Shown: positions 46,698 to 56,363, numbered from the stretch's first letter. The stretch: DNA of 64,000 nt from an uncultured Clostridia bacterium (GCA_947624235.1 CANQJK010000001.1:4153-68152); one strand, 5' to 3'. Translations and numbers: made by a program. The notes: generated by a model not told the origin, from the letters alone.

Positions 46698-48121
46698 TTT
46701 TCACCCGTCAAGCGTATATCGGGATAGGAAACGCGTTTGTGCCTTATTCCCGCAAAAGTAGAAATTATCGTACTTTTGATTATGTCCAGTTCTTTCAAAG
46801 AAATGTCGCAATCGGAAAATTGTTCAAACGCCATACGTTCCGCAACGATTTCGTTGACGATCTTTTCCACATTGCTTTTGTCGCCGTTTGCGCGCAAGGC
46901 GGCTTCCGCGGCGTCGCATATCATCAAGATAGCGGAAATTTTGTTTGACGGCTTGGGACCGTCGTAACAATAACCGTCATATGGCAAAGTGCCGTCGGTG
47001 TACCTTTGCGCTTTTAGATAGAAATATTTGATAGGCATCGTTCCATGGTGTTCCACTATCGCCGATTGCACTTCTTTGGGTAAACCGTACTCCTTTGCGA
47101 TAGCCAAACCGTTGAGCGTGTGATATTTGATCATATTTACGCTTGCTTCGGGCGTCATGCTGTCGTGAGGGTTGATACCGCTGAATTGGTTTTCCGCAAA
47201 ATAACTGGGGTTTTTCATTTTGCCTATATCGTGGTAGTACGCCGCGGCGCGAGCCATAACTGCGCTTTGTCCTATTGCGGCCGCACACGCTTCGACATAA
47301 GTGGCTACGGTCAGACTGTGGTTGTAGGTCCCGGGGGCTTTTTCAAACAGTTTGCGCATGAGAGTGCTGTCCGACGTCGCTATTTCGGAAAAACGAAACA
47401 CCGAGGACACGTTGAATATCTTTTCAAACAACGGAACTAGCACAAACATCAACATTACGCCGATGATACCGCTACCAAACGAACACAACGCTTTGATACC
47501 GTAGATCTTCCAATCCCACGCGTCGCGGAACATAAAATAACTTATTGTTGCGCAAATGACGGAAATAAAACCGAGTATCAAGCCGACTACCAAATAACGC
47601 AATCTGCGATAATGTCTGCCCAAAACGAAGGAAACGAACACCGCTTCGATAACACCGCTGAATAGCAAATAGAAAAAGTTCTCCGTTGCAACGGTTGCCT
47701 GCGTCTGCCAATTGATATCCTGCATGAAACAAAGCATTATTACGATAAAGTTGGCAAAGAAACCGCATTTTCCCGAAACTATCAACGAAAGGATCAAAGA
47801 ACACAGGGCAAAGGGAACAAGATTGATCGCATATTCCCAAACGGGGGCAAGTTGAATAAGTCCGTATGCGACCAACATCGTGATGAACATTGCCCATGTT
47901 TTTCGCAAACTTTCCATAACGGCGATGTCCGAAAAATAGGTGTACAACGCCAATGCGATCAACAATATTCCCAACGTGGACAATTGTACGGCGACTTTCG
48001 CCACCGACAGTCTGTCGAGATTGGCGGAAATACTCAAAGCGGAAAAAATAACAAAAACAGCAAAATAACTGCTTACGATCTCCTTCCACTTGATATTGGT
48101 TATTTTTTTGATTTTTTTCAT
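46694..48121 (-). CDS. pgpH: 7TM-HD membrane phosphohydrolase (PgpH/YqfF-type)
   Basis: 475 aa. Multi-TM N-terminal part and a cytoplasmic HD domain (HSLTVATYVEA...YYHDIGK). Conserved phoH-pgpH-ybeY order. Confidence 0.85.
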   Translation of the reverse strand: MKKIKKITNIKWKEIVSSYFAVFVIFSALSISANLDRLSVAKVAVQLSTLGILLIALALYTYFSDIAVMESLRKTWAMFITMLVAYGLIQLAPVWEYAINLVPFALCSLILSLIVSGKCGFFANFIVIMLCFMQDINWQTQATVATENFFYLLFSGVIEAVFVSFVLGRHYRRLRYLVVGLILGFISVICATISYFMFRDAWDWKIYGIKALCSFGSGIIGVMLMFVLVPLFEKIFNVSSVFRFSEIATSDSTLMRKLFEKAPGTYNHSLTVATYVEACAAAIGQSAVMARAAAYYHDIGKMKNPSYFAENQFSGINPHDSMTPEASVNMIKYHTLNGLAIAKEYGLPKEVQSAIVEHHGTMPIKYFYLKAQRYTDGTLPYDGYCYDGPKPSNKISAILMICDAAEAALRANGDKSNVEKIVNEIVAERMAFEQFSDCDISLKELDIIKSTIISTFAGIRHKRVSYPDIRLTGEK

Positions 48122-49101
48122 TATTTATCCTCTGATTCGTATGCTTTGACGATCTTTTGCACCAACGGATGACGTACTACATCCTTTTCGTTAAGACGCA
48201 TTATCCCGATATCGTCTATATCTTTGAGAATTTTTATTGCGTGTTTCAGTCCCGACGTCGATCCCTTGGGCAAGTCGATCTGCGTAAGATCTCCCGTTAT
48301 TACCATTTTACTGTTTTCGCCCAATCTTGTCAAAAACATTTTGATCTGTTCGCGCGTGGTATTTTGCGCTTCATCCAATATTACATAAGCGTTGGACAGC
48401 GTTCTACCGCGCATGTATGCCAACGGCGCGATCTCTATCGTACCCCGCTCCATCATCTTGGAGTAACTGTCTACACCCAACATTTCTTGCAAGGCGTCGT
48501 ACAAGGGACGCAAATAGGGGTTGACTTTTTCTTGCAGATCGCCGGGCAAAAAACCGAGTTTTTCTCCTGCTTCCACTGCCGGACGAGTGAGTATTATTTT
48601 CTCCACCTGCTTGGATTTGTATGCGTTTACCGCAATAGCCACTGCCAAGTAGGTTTTTCCCGTTCCCGCAGGTCCGACGCCGAAGGTGATCGTGTTTTTC
48701 TTCATCAGATCGACATACTTTTTTTGTCCGACGGTTTTGCATTTTATGGGTTTTCCGCGACTCGTTATCGCAACAACGTCCCCCATCAATTCGTCAACGT
48801 CGCCAAGCTTGTCCGACTTGGCAAGATCGCACAGATAATTGACGCGCCCGATATCCACCGAATCGCCGTCGGCGATAAAACTCCTCAGTTTGTTGACCAC
48901 TGCCAACGCCTGATCTACCGCCGTTTCCTCTCCGTAAATACAGCTTTGTCCGTCCTGCATCACGATCTTTACGTCAAACGCCGAACAAATCGCTTTTATG
49001 TTTTCGTCGAACGGTCCGAAAAGTTTGACAAGTTCGTCCATCGAATCTACTTGAATTTTCTTTGTTATCAAATATGCCTCCCTTGTCACTGCACAACGCA
49101 T
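48121..49101 (-). CDS. phoH: PhoH-like ATPase (PhoH/YbeZ)
   Basis: 326 aa. Walker A GPAGTGKTYLAV and PhoH motifs. An alternative TTG start at 49071 follows GGGAGG. Confidence 0.93.
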   Translation of the reverse strand: MRCAVTREAYLITKKIQVDSMDELVKLFGPFDENIKAICSAFDVKIVMQDGQSCIYGEETAVDQALAVVNKLRSFIADGDSVDIGRVNYLCDLAKSDKLGDVDELMGDVVAITSRGKPIKCKTVGQKKYVDLMKKNTITFGVGPAGTGKTYLAVAIAVNAYKSKQVEKIILTRPAVEAGEKLGFLPGDLQEKVNPYLRPLYDALQEMLGVDSYSKMMERGTIEIAPLAYMRGRTLSNAYVILDEAQNTTREQIKMFLTRLGENSKMVITGDLTQIDLPKGSTSGLKHAIKILKDIDDIGIMRLNEKDVVRHPLVQKIVKAYESEDK

Positions 49102-50168
49102 CGTCCATACAACGTAGCGGTAACTCCGTTACTGTCTACAACGTACTCCGTGCTCGACACAGTAAAATTGCAATTGTTCATTGCTATAAGATATGCCTTT
49201 TCCCGCAAATCGTCAAGACATTCGTCTATTGTAGCCGACACTCTCACAGTGTGCGTTTCCCTGAAAATGTTTGTTCGTACGCACAAATTCAAGGGATAAA
49301 GAAATGTGTCTTTCGCCTCATGCGTGTATTGTTCGAAAGGACAATCGCGCCTGTATTCCTTTCCGAAAAGCACTACTCCGCGACAAATAAAAACATTGCC
49401 CGTTTCTACCGTTTCCGTTCTGTAACCGTCAAATTGCGCATATCCCACGGCGCTGATTTCGAGGACGACTCTGCCCATTGCATAAACGTCTTGGGACGTG
49501 CCGTCGTTGAATAAACGCTTGCCCTCTATGAGCACGTCTCCCCGAGAAACGGTATCGCCTACTTTTACCAACGCGGTGCCTTCTTCACACAGCAATTCTT
49601 TGACAACGCCATCCCTATTTGCGACAATGTCTCTGCGGACAGACAAATCTATCGGAGGCGAAATCTCTTTTCGCTTGACAGCGTTGACGTAAACTACGCT
49701 ACCATAGCGCGTTATCACGGCATACATCGCGTCCAGTTTGTTGGCGAGCGCGTTTTGCAAGTTGTTCACGTTTAGTTTGGACATATTTGTCCCGACGCTT
49801 ACGCCTATCTCGTCAAGCGCGCTGAGAACGGACGCTTGATCGAAATCTCCGCTGACCTCGATAGCGAGACAGTGTTGCGACGACAAAGCGATAGCAACAA
49901 CGCATAGCGCGCAAAAAATCGGAAAAAGAAATCTTTTCCTCATGTATTCGACAAGCGCGGTCGTCCCGATAAACTTTTTGCCTATTATATTATAGCACCT
50001 TTCTTCTAATAATGCAATAGTATGTTTGATATCTTGTGCAGGCACTGTAACGGAGCATTTTTTCCCCTTTCGCTCTACCTCGCATAGAGTTATGCCTTTC
50101 TTTACAAGAGTGTTGAGCAGTCGGTTTACGTTTAGTCCTTCAAAGGTGATCTTGCACTTTCCCCTCAT
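49086..50168 (-). CDS. yqfD: sporulation protein YqfD
   Basis: 360 aa. N-terminus KITFEGLNVNRLLNTLVKKGITLCEVERKGKK, one TM, and a YqfD-type C-terminal domain. Follows yqfC. Confidence 0.85.
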   Translation of the reverse strand: MRGKCKITFEGLNVNRLLNTLVKKGITLCEVERKGKKCSVTVPAQDIKHTIALLEERCYNIIGKKFIGTTALVEYMRKRFLFPIFCALCVVAIALSSQHCLAIEVSGDFDQASVLSALDEIGVSVGTNMSKLNVNNLQNALANKLDAMYAVITRYGSVVYVNAVKRKEISPPIDLSVRRDIVANRDGVVKELLCEEGTALVKVGDTVSRGDVLIEGKRLFNDGTSQDVYAMGRVVLEISAVGYAQFDGYRTETVETGNVFICRGVVLFGKEYRRDCPFEQYTHEAKDTFLYPLNLCVRTNIFRETHTVRVSATIDECLDDLREKAYLIAMNNCNFTVSSTEYVVDSNGVTATLYGRCVVQ

Positions 50169-50458
50169 TTTTTCACCTCTACGGAAGAGATACTTCCCAC
50201 AACGACGGCAAAGTTTTTTTCAAGGTGCTTTATGCGTAAATCTTTACCCCATATCGTCAAAATTCCTTTATCGACGGCAAAAGAAACGCACTCGTCAGAA
50301 TACCCCGCGATACCATTGTGCCCCTCGACGACCGCCGTGTGCGAACCGTAAACGGAGTACTTGCACTCCTTGATAAGAGTAGCCAACTCAACCCCGCAAA
50401 TATTTGAAACACATTGTAAAAAAGAATTGCTCATATCCCTATTATATTGAGGAAACAA
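50165..50458 (-). CDS. yqfC: sporulation protein YqfC (YabP family)
   Basis: 97 aa YabP/YqfC-like (HTAVVEGHNGIAGYSDECVSF...LRIKHLEKNFAVVVGSISSVEV). Confidence 0.8.
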   Translation of the reverse strand: MFPQYNRDMSNSFLQCVSNICGVELATLIKECKYSVYGSHTAVVEGHNGIAGYSDECVSFAVDKGILTIWGKDLRIKHLEKNFAVVVGSISSVEVKK

Positions 50459-50475
50459 ACAATTCTTTCAAATTA

Positions 50476-50733
50476 TTAAAGCAGTTTGTCCAGTATTTTT
50501 GCAATTTCTTCCAACTTTTCCTTTCCTCCCTCGCCCAAAGAATTGAGCACGCAATTGCTCAGATGCGCATTTAGTATCTCTTTGTTTACTTTGGATAATA
50601 TCGCTTGACATGCCAATATCTGATTTGAGATATCGATACAGTACCGATTTTCCTCTGTCATTTTGATAATTCCGTCCATCTGACCTCGTGCCGTTTTGAG
50701 CAGGCGCGTAACCTTTTCCCTGTCCGCAGTCAT
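50476..50733 (-). CDS. csoR: CsoR family copper-sensing repressor
   Basis: Start moved to MTADREKVTRLLK (GGAGGTG SD). C-H-C ligand pattern (RYCIDI...NAHLSNC). ATGA overlap with the copA stop. Confidence 0.88.
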   Translation of the reverse strand: MTADREKVTRLLKTARGQMDGIIKMTEENRYCIDISNQILACQAILSKVNKEILNAHLSNCVLNSLGEGGKEKLEEIAKILDKLL

Positions 50734-53243
50734 AACTGTTGCACCTCCGTTACCGTGTACCCGACTTTTTCCACCGCCTTTTTGAAGGCTTCCGCATTGA
50801 CCTGCTTTTTGGTTTCCGCCACGGCGCATTTGTTTTCCAAATCGACGGAAACATTCAGTACGCCACGCATAGACGAAAGCGCTTGCTTAACGCGTGCGGT
50901 ACAGTGTTCGCACATCATTCCCTGTATTGTAAGTTTGTACTTCATAGTTTTTACCTCCGTTTTGTTTTTTGTTGATCCGATTTTTTTATCTTGATCGGCA
51001 CAAGATAGATTTGGTTTGAAAAATCTCAGTCTCAGTGCATTTGTTACTACAAACAGACTGGAAAGACTCATTGCCAAGGCGCCTATCATCGGACTTAATT
51101 GCCAATGCAAGGGCGTGACGTACAAAACACCGCATGCGATGGGTATTCCGAGTAAATTGTAGAAAAAAGCCCAAAACAGGTTTTCCTTGATGTTGATAAC
51201 GGTTTTTTTGCTGAGACTGATCGCCGTAGATACATCGCGTATGTCGTTTTTTACTAACAACACATCTGCGCTGTCCATAGCAATGTCGGCGCCGTTTGTA
51301 ACGGCAAAACCTATATCTGCGCGAGCAAGAGCGGGAGCGTCGTTGATCCCGTCGCCCACCATTGCCGTTACGCCGTCGTTCATTAACGAACGAACCTTCT
51401 GCTCCTTTTGATCGGGTAGAACTTCCGCATAAAACTCGTCTATCCCGACCGCTTCGCAAACAGCTTTTGCAGCCGTTTCATTGTCTCCCGTTAGCAAAAT
51501 GGGTTTTATGTTCATAGATTTGAGCATGTTTACGGCGTCTTTGGAAGATGCTTTGATCTCGTCGCCCACACCGATCATACCGATAAATTCGCCGTTGCAA
51601 GCGACAATCAGGCAAGTAAGGGCTTTTTTCGAAAAGCTGTCAAGTTGTTCGTCGTAGTTTTCCTTTACCCCTTGTTCCTGCATAAGTCGCGCGTTGCCTA
51701 CGGCATAGACCTTGCCGTCCACCGTTGCTACGACTCCGCGACCGGGCAAAGTTTCAAACTGCGTCGGAACACAGCACTCCGCTCCCAACTTGTCCGCGTG
51801 CTCGACAACAGCTTTGCCCAAGGGGTGTTCGCTTTGCTTTTCGATCCCGCCAACCAACGAAAAAAATTCTTTTCCGTCCATTGCCGAGATATACTCTTTA
51901 ACGTAAGGTTTTCCCAAGGTCAACGTACCTGTTTTGTCCAAAACAACCTGTTTTATCTGTGCAAGACGTTCGAGAATTTCCCCGTTTTTTACAAGAATAC
52001 CGTTTTCCGCGCCCTTACCCGTAGCCACCATTATAGCGACGGGCGTTGCCAACCCCAAAGCACATGGGCAGGATATCACAAGTACCGATACTGCAAAATT
52101 CAGCGCCGTGGAGATTGGATAGCCGACGCACAGCCAAACGACAAATGTCACAAGCGATATCGACATGACAATGGGCACGAAAACGGCGGAAATTTTGTCG
52201 GCAAGGCGCTGAATGGGCGCTTTGGAAGTTCCCGCTTCCTCAACGAGCGAAATGATTTTTTCCAATACGCTGTCCTGTCCCACTGTGGTCACTTCAACAC
52301 GCACATAACCGCCTACACAAACAGTGCCTCCTATAACAAAGGCGCCAGATTGTTTTTCTACGGGAATACTTTCGCCACTGACGCTGCTTTCATCCGCAAA
52401 ACAGTTGCCAAAAACGACTTTACCGTCCGCAGGAAAGGACATGCCTGCTTTTATCGCAACAACGTCCCCCGCCTTGATAGTTTTGCTGTCCACTTCGCGC
52501 TCTTGCTCGTCCTCTATCAAAATCGCCTTGTCGGGAGCCAGTTTGCGAAGTTTTGCAAGCGCGTCGCCCGTTTTAAGTTTTGAGCGTCCCTCAAAATACT
52601 TTCCCAAATCTACCAATGTCAGGATCATTGCAGACGATTCAAAGTACAGCATGTGATGATACTTTGCCACTGTATCCATATCTCCTTTGCCCAACGCGTA
52701 ACTCATCACAAACGTTACTGCCAAAGCATACAATGCGCTCGCCGTCGCTCCTACCGCAATTAAACTGTCCATATTCGGCGCACGTTGAAACAATCTTTTG
52801 AAGCCCACGATAAAATAACTTCTGTTTGCATACCATATCGGCAAACAGATCAAAAATTGCACCAACGCAAGCGAAACGGCGTTGGCGTGTCCGTCCAAAA
52901 AACTCGGCAAAGGAATACCTACCATGTGCCCCATGGAAAAGTACATCAATATGACGCAAAATACAACGGATACTATCAATCTGGCAATTCCGACGTTATT
53001 TGTTGCGGTTTGTTTGAAAGATCGTTCCGTTTCTCCGTTTACGCTTGCGCCGTAACCCGATTTTTTTACTGCCGATATTATGGCTTTGGTATTTGTTGCC
53101 TTTTCGTCAAACTCCACCGTCATGCTGTTTGTAAGCAAACTCACATTGACGTTAGTTACGCCTTTTAACTTCGATACGGCTTTTTCTACATGAGCGGAAC
53201 ATGCAGAACATGTCATTCCCACGACATCGAATTTCTGTTTCAT
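50730..53243 (-). CDS. copA: copper-translocating P1B-type ATPase with N- and C-terminal HMA domains
   Basis: Start moved to MKQKFDVVGMTCSACSAHV. CPC (SCPCALGLATP), DKTGTLT, and GDGINDAP. An extra C-terminal HMA domain MKYKLTIQGMMCEHCTARV follows the last TM. Confidence 0.93.
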   Translation of the reverse strand: MKQKFDVVGMTCSACSAHVEKAVSKLKGVTNVNVSLLTNSMTVEFDEKATNTKAIISAVKKSGYGASVNGETERSFKQTATNNVGIARLIVSVVFCVILMYFSMGHMVGIPLPSFLDGHANAVSLALVQFLICLPIWYANRSYFIVGFKRLFQRAPNMDSLIAVGATASALYALAVTFVMSYALGKGDMDTVAKYHHMLYFESSAMILTLVDLGKYFEGRSKLKTGDALAKLRKLAPDKAILIEDEQEREVDSKTIKAGDVVAIKAGMSFPADGKVVFGNCFADESSVSGESIPVEKQSGAFVIGGTVCVGGYVRVEVTTVGQDSVLEKIISLVEEAGTSKAPIQRLADKISAVFVPIVMSISLVTFVVWLCVGYPISTALNFAVSVLVISCPCALGLATPVAIMVATGKGAENGILVKNGEILERLAQIKQVVLDKTGTLTLGKPYVKEYISAMDGKEFFSLVGGIEKQSEHPLGKAVVEHADKLGAECCVPTQFETLPGRGVVATVDGKVYAVGNARLMQEQGVKENYDEQLDSFSKKALTCLIVACNGEFIGMIGVGDEIKASSKDAVNMLKSMNIKPILLTGDNETAAKAVCEAVGIDEFYAEVLPDQKEQKVRSLMNDGVTAMVGDGINDAPALARADIGFAVTNGADIAMDSADVLLVKNDIRDVSTAISLSKKTVINIKENLFWAFFYNLLGIPIACGVLYVTPLHWQLSPMIGALAMSLSSLFVVTNALRLRFFKPNLSCADQDKKIGSTKNKTEVKTMKYKLTIQGMMCEHCTARVKQALSSMRGVLNVSVDLENKCAVAETKKQVNAEAFKKAVEKVGYTVTEVQQL

Positions 53244-53249
53244 GAGATA

Positions 53250-53303
53250 ACACCCCCTCCCCGTGTACGTGTCTATTATACGCTTGATTTTTATCTTTTG
53301 CAA
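53250..53303 (-). promoter_or_regulatory. copA promoter and candidate CsoR operator
   Basis: Minus strand TTGCAA (53303..53298), 17 nt, TATAAT (53280..53275). A G/C-tract pseudo-palindrome ACACGGGGAGGGGGTGT (53266..53250) lies between the -10 and the ATG. Confidence 0.55.
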
Positions 53304-53379
53304 CCGAAAATATACAATAATTTCAGAAAAGTTGAATTTTCCAAACAACGATCGGCGCTTTTTGATAGGCAGATCCAAC

Positions 53380-53406
53380 AAAAAAGCCTCCGACAAACGC
53401 GGAGGC
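53380..53406 (-). terminator. intrinsic terminator after the thioesterase gene
   Basis: Minus strand GCCTCCG-cgtttgt-CGGAGGC followed by TTTTTTG. Confidence 0.8.
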
Positions 53407-53425
53407 AGAAAACAGATATACTTGA

Positions 53426-53842
53426 TTATCGATTTTTTTCACAAAGGGACAGCAACAAGTTGTACAATTCGACGTTTTTGCGTTTTAACGATATCGGTCG
53501 TCCTTCTTCGTCCACAAAGCAATGTACGCTTGTCGCAGTGCACACAACTTCTCCATTACAAGTAATTGTGTAGGCAATTTCCAATTTGACGACGGAGACG
53601 TCCTTTACCTCAACGTCGATAAGCAATTGATCGTAAAACGTTGTAGGCTTTTTGAATTGCAAGTTGACGGAAACGACAGGCGAAACCAGTCCTTCCTTTT
53701 CCATGCGTTGATAGCCGTAGCCGATCTGTTCGAGGAAGTCTACCCTTGCCTCTTCCATAAAACGCAAATAATTTGAGTGATGCGTAACACCCATTCGGTC
53801 GGTTTCGTAATATTGCACTCTATGCAAATAGGGCTTATACAT
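53426..53842 (-). CDS. acyl-CoA thioesterase (4HBT/YbgC hotdog fold)
   Basis: 138 aa, VQYYETDRMGVTHHSNYLRFMEEARVDFL, typical of the family. Confidence 0.85.
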   Translation of the reverse strand: MYKPYLHRVQYYETDRMGVTHHSNYLRFMEEARVDFLEQIGYGYQRMEKEGLVSPVVSVNLQFKKPTTFYDQLLIDVEVKDVSVVKLEIAYTITCNGEVVCTATSVHCFVDEEGRPISLKRKNVELYNLLLSLCEKNR

Positions 53843-53854
53843 GCGCCACCTCTG

Positions 53855-54976
53855 TTAGTCTTTATTTTCGAATTCGGCAACCACATCCCGAAGCAAATCG
53901 CGAATTTGCAATCCCTGCGGACAGGATCTCTCGCACTTTCCGCATTTTATGCACTTGCTTGCCTTTGCCCCGTTTTTTGTGTAGACGTTGTTGTAGTAGT
54001 AGTCGGCGTCCCAATCCTTAAAATGGCGTTTTGCATTGTAGCAAGCAAACAGATCGGGAATGGATATGTGTTGGGGACACCCGTCTGTACAATATCGGCA
54101 AGCGGTACACGGAATAATTTTTTCTCCGCGAAATAAGCCCGCGACATTGTGCGCAACAGTCATTTCACGCTGTGAAAGGGGCTGGAAATCTTTCATAAAA
54201 GAAATGTTCTCGCGCATTTGTTCAATTGTGCTCATTCCCGAAAGCACCATGAAAACATTGTCGAAGGAACCTGCAAATCGCAAAGCAAGATTTGCGGGAC
54301 TGATACCCAACGACTCCGCGACAGGACGCGATGCGTCAGACAGTCTGATAAGGTGTCCGCCTTTGATAGGTTCCATTACAATTACGGGTTTGCGGTGCTT
54401 GACGCACACCTCGTAGTTGGCTCTGCTTTGAATGGCGTCATCTTCATAATCGAGATAGTTGAACTGCAATTGCACCGCCTCTATTTGCGGAAAATCCGTC
54501 AATATACGCTCCAACACGTCCGACGTGTCGTGAAAGGAAATGCCCACATGTTTTATTTTTCCTTCGGCTTTCAGTTGAAACGCCGTTTCGTAAGCGTGAC
54601 ATCTGCGGTACTGCTCGTAGTTGCGACGGTTTTGCGCGTGCATCAAGTAAAAATCGAAGTACTCTACTCCGCAACATTTCAACTGCGTCTCGAATAACGG
54701 ACGAATGTCCTCCTCACAATTGAAATAACTGTCGGACAACTTGTCGGTCAATATGTAACTGTCGCGCGGATAACGGCTTGTAAGACACTCTTTCAATGTC
54801 GATTCGCTTCTTTCGCTGAGATACCCGTGCGCCGTATCGAAATAATTAAACCCCGCTTGGATAAATTCGTCCACCATAAGTTTGACTTGCCGAATATCTA
54901 TTTTACCGTCTTTTTCGGGAAGGCGCATGCAACCGAATCCAAAATTTTTGTTGACTTCCTCAAAGAATTTGTTCAT
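53855..54976 (-). CDS. aldo/keto reductase fused to a 2x[4Fe-4S] ferredoxin-like C-terminal domain
   Basis: 373 aa. AKR N-terminal region (FNYFDTAHGY, GISFHD) and two CxxCxxCxxxCP motifs (CTACRYCTDGCP, CIKCGKCERSCP). Confidence 0.85.
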   Translation of the reverse strand: MNKFFEEVNKNFGFGCMRLPEKDGKIDIRQVKLMVDEFIQAGFNYFDTAHGYLSERSESTLKECLTSRYPRDSYILTDKLSDSYFNCEEDIRPLFETQLKCCGVEYFDFYLMHAQNRRNYEQYRRCHAYETAFQLKAEGKIKHVGISFHDTSDVLERILTDFPQIEAVQLQFNYLDYEDDAIQSRANYEVCVKHRKPVIVMEPIKGGHLIRLSDASRPVAESLGISPANLALRFAGSFDNVFMVLSGMSTIEQMRENISFMKDFQPLSQREMTVAHNVAGLFRGEKIIPCTACRYCTDGCPQHISIPDLFACYNAKRHFKDWDADYYYNNVYTKNGAKASKCIKCGKCERSCPQGLQIRDLLRDVVAEFENKD

Positions 54977-55424
54977 TGTTGATTTCTCCTTGTTGTTTCA
55001 AACAGTATTTTAACATAAATTAAAACATTCTACAATAATTTTGAAAACAAATTCGACACAGCCGTTTGTTTTGATTTTTTGAAATTGGCAGAAACTGTTA
55101 TGTCCACGCCATCCATTTTCACAAAAGTCAAAAACAAATTGCTCAATCACGATACGCAATGCGAAAAGCCGACCTTTTTTCCGTCCCGATACCGACCGCG
55201 CTTACAAACTCATTTCAATATTTTAATAAAAATGTTGTTCAAACAGGCAAACTTTGTGATACAATTATTTGTAAGGCAAGCGTTTACCGCTTTGTGATCT
55301 TTGGCAAATCTGTTATTATAAATAACATTATCGCGTCAACGAGCAACAACGCTTTATCTGCCGGATAAAATAGGTTGTTGTCGCTACAACGATGATGTGA
55401 TCTACACTAAAAGGAGATATACCA

Positions 55425-55970
55425 ATGACTATCTACAATTCTTTCGGACGAATAGAAATCGACGACGCGCGCATCGATGAAGCATGCAGTGCCTATTTCA
55501 AATGGAAGGACCTCAATACTTATATTCAAAACAACAGTCATCGCGGGATCAACATGCCCGACGCAATAAGCGAACCAATGGGCTGTTACTGCCTCGGTCT
55601 CCTTTGGAATAGGGGCAACGAAGCGGGAGACGCATATGATCCCGTAAACAAAAAGAAAATAGAATTCAAAGCCACTTCGCGTTTTGAAGGAGACCTATCT
55701 TCTTTCGGTCCCAATTGTTCCTTTGACGATCTTGTCTTTTTGCGTTTCAAGCTTGACGACAATCTGCTTTACATATACGATCTCAAAATCAATTCTGATG
55801 AGTTCGGAGCATATCCCGCAAACAGCCAACAAACGATACAACAACAAAAAAAGCAAGGACGCCGTCCTCATGTGAGCCTCCAATCTCTTTTTGTAGACGC
55901 AAAAGGCTTACAGCCTGATATTATATTCGATATTCGCAGATGTCGTATTGTTGAAGATAACAGACAATAA
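55425..55970 (+). CDS. PD-(D/E)xK nuclease resembling PvuII/Bsp6I-type type II restriction endonucleases
   Basis: 181 aa, AAAGGAGA SD. The core LGLLWNRGNEAGDAYDPVNKKKIEFKATS parallels PvuII GREGNDAVD...EYELKS (D...ExK). Size fits the Bsp6I family. Assigned from memory of these sequences, not aligned. Confidence 0.5.
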   Translation: MTIYNSFGRIEIDDARIDEACSAYFKWKDLNTYIQNNSHRGINMPDAISEPMGCYCLGLLWNRGNEAGDAYDPVNKKKIEFKATSRFEGDLSSFGPNCSFDDLVFLRFKLDDNLLYIYDLKINSDEFGAYPANSQQTIQQQKKQGRRPHVSLQSLFVDAKGLQPDIIFDIRRCRIVEDNRQ

Positions 55971-56100
55971 TTTACCTTACTTATTCGCCCGTATTCTTGA
56001 AAACATTTCATCTTCCAATATGGGCAAATTTTTTTTCACGGAAGAGCGAGGGCGCCCCTCAAAAGGGATAAACACCCCCGAAAAGCCCCAAAATGGCAAT

Positions 56101-56151
56101 AAAAAGAAGTATGAAGTCGATATTTTTGTATCATTTTCATACTTCTTTTTT
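56101..56151. terminator. bidirectional AT-rich terminator after the nuclease gene
   Basis: AGAAGTATGAA-20 nt loop-TTCATACTTCT then TTTTTGG, with an A-run upstream. Confidence 0.6.
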
Positions 56152-56216
56152 GGTGCTGATAGCAAAACTTAAACTCACGTTGTTTCGCCGTTGGCGAAGG
56201 TTCTTGAACCACCAAC

Positions 56217-56244
56217 ATCGGATTTTGAGTCCGACGCGTCTGCC
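56217..56244 (-). pseudogene. tRNA-Leu(CAA)-like fragment (D-stem 3' half plus anticodon arm only)
   Basis: Minus strand GGCAGACGCG-TCGGA-CTCAAAA-TCCGA-TG matches the conserved D-arm/anticodon-arm segment of bacterial tRNA-Leu. I could not build an acceptor stem or T-arm (GGTTCAAGAACC is only T-loop-like). Confidence 0.45.
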
Positions 56245-56316
56245 CTCAGCCGAGCGAATGAAATGAGCGAACGCCACGAAGCGTAAACGCAGTCACCACT
56301 CAAATTTGATATTTAC

Positions 56317-56363
56317 AAAAAAAGGGCTGTCGCAGGTGAATGATGTCCACTTGCGACAGTCCC
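56317..56363 (-). terminator. intrinsic terminator of the topoisomerase operon
   Basis: Minus strand GGGACTGTCGCAAGTG-loop-CACCTGCGACAGCCC followed by TTTTTTTG. Confidence 0.85.

Noticed and set aside
56160-56315. An intact tRNA-Leu gene.
   Set aside because: Only the D-stem 3' half and the anticodon arm are recognisable. I could not pair an acceptor stem or form a T-arm. Reported as a fragment instead.
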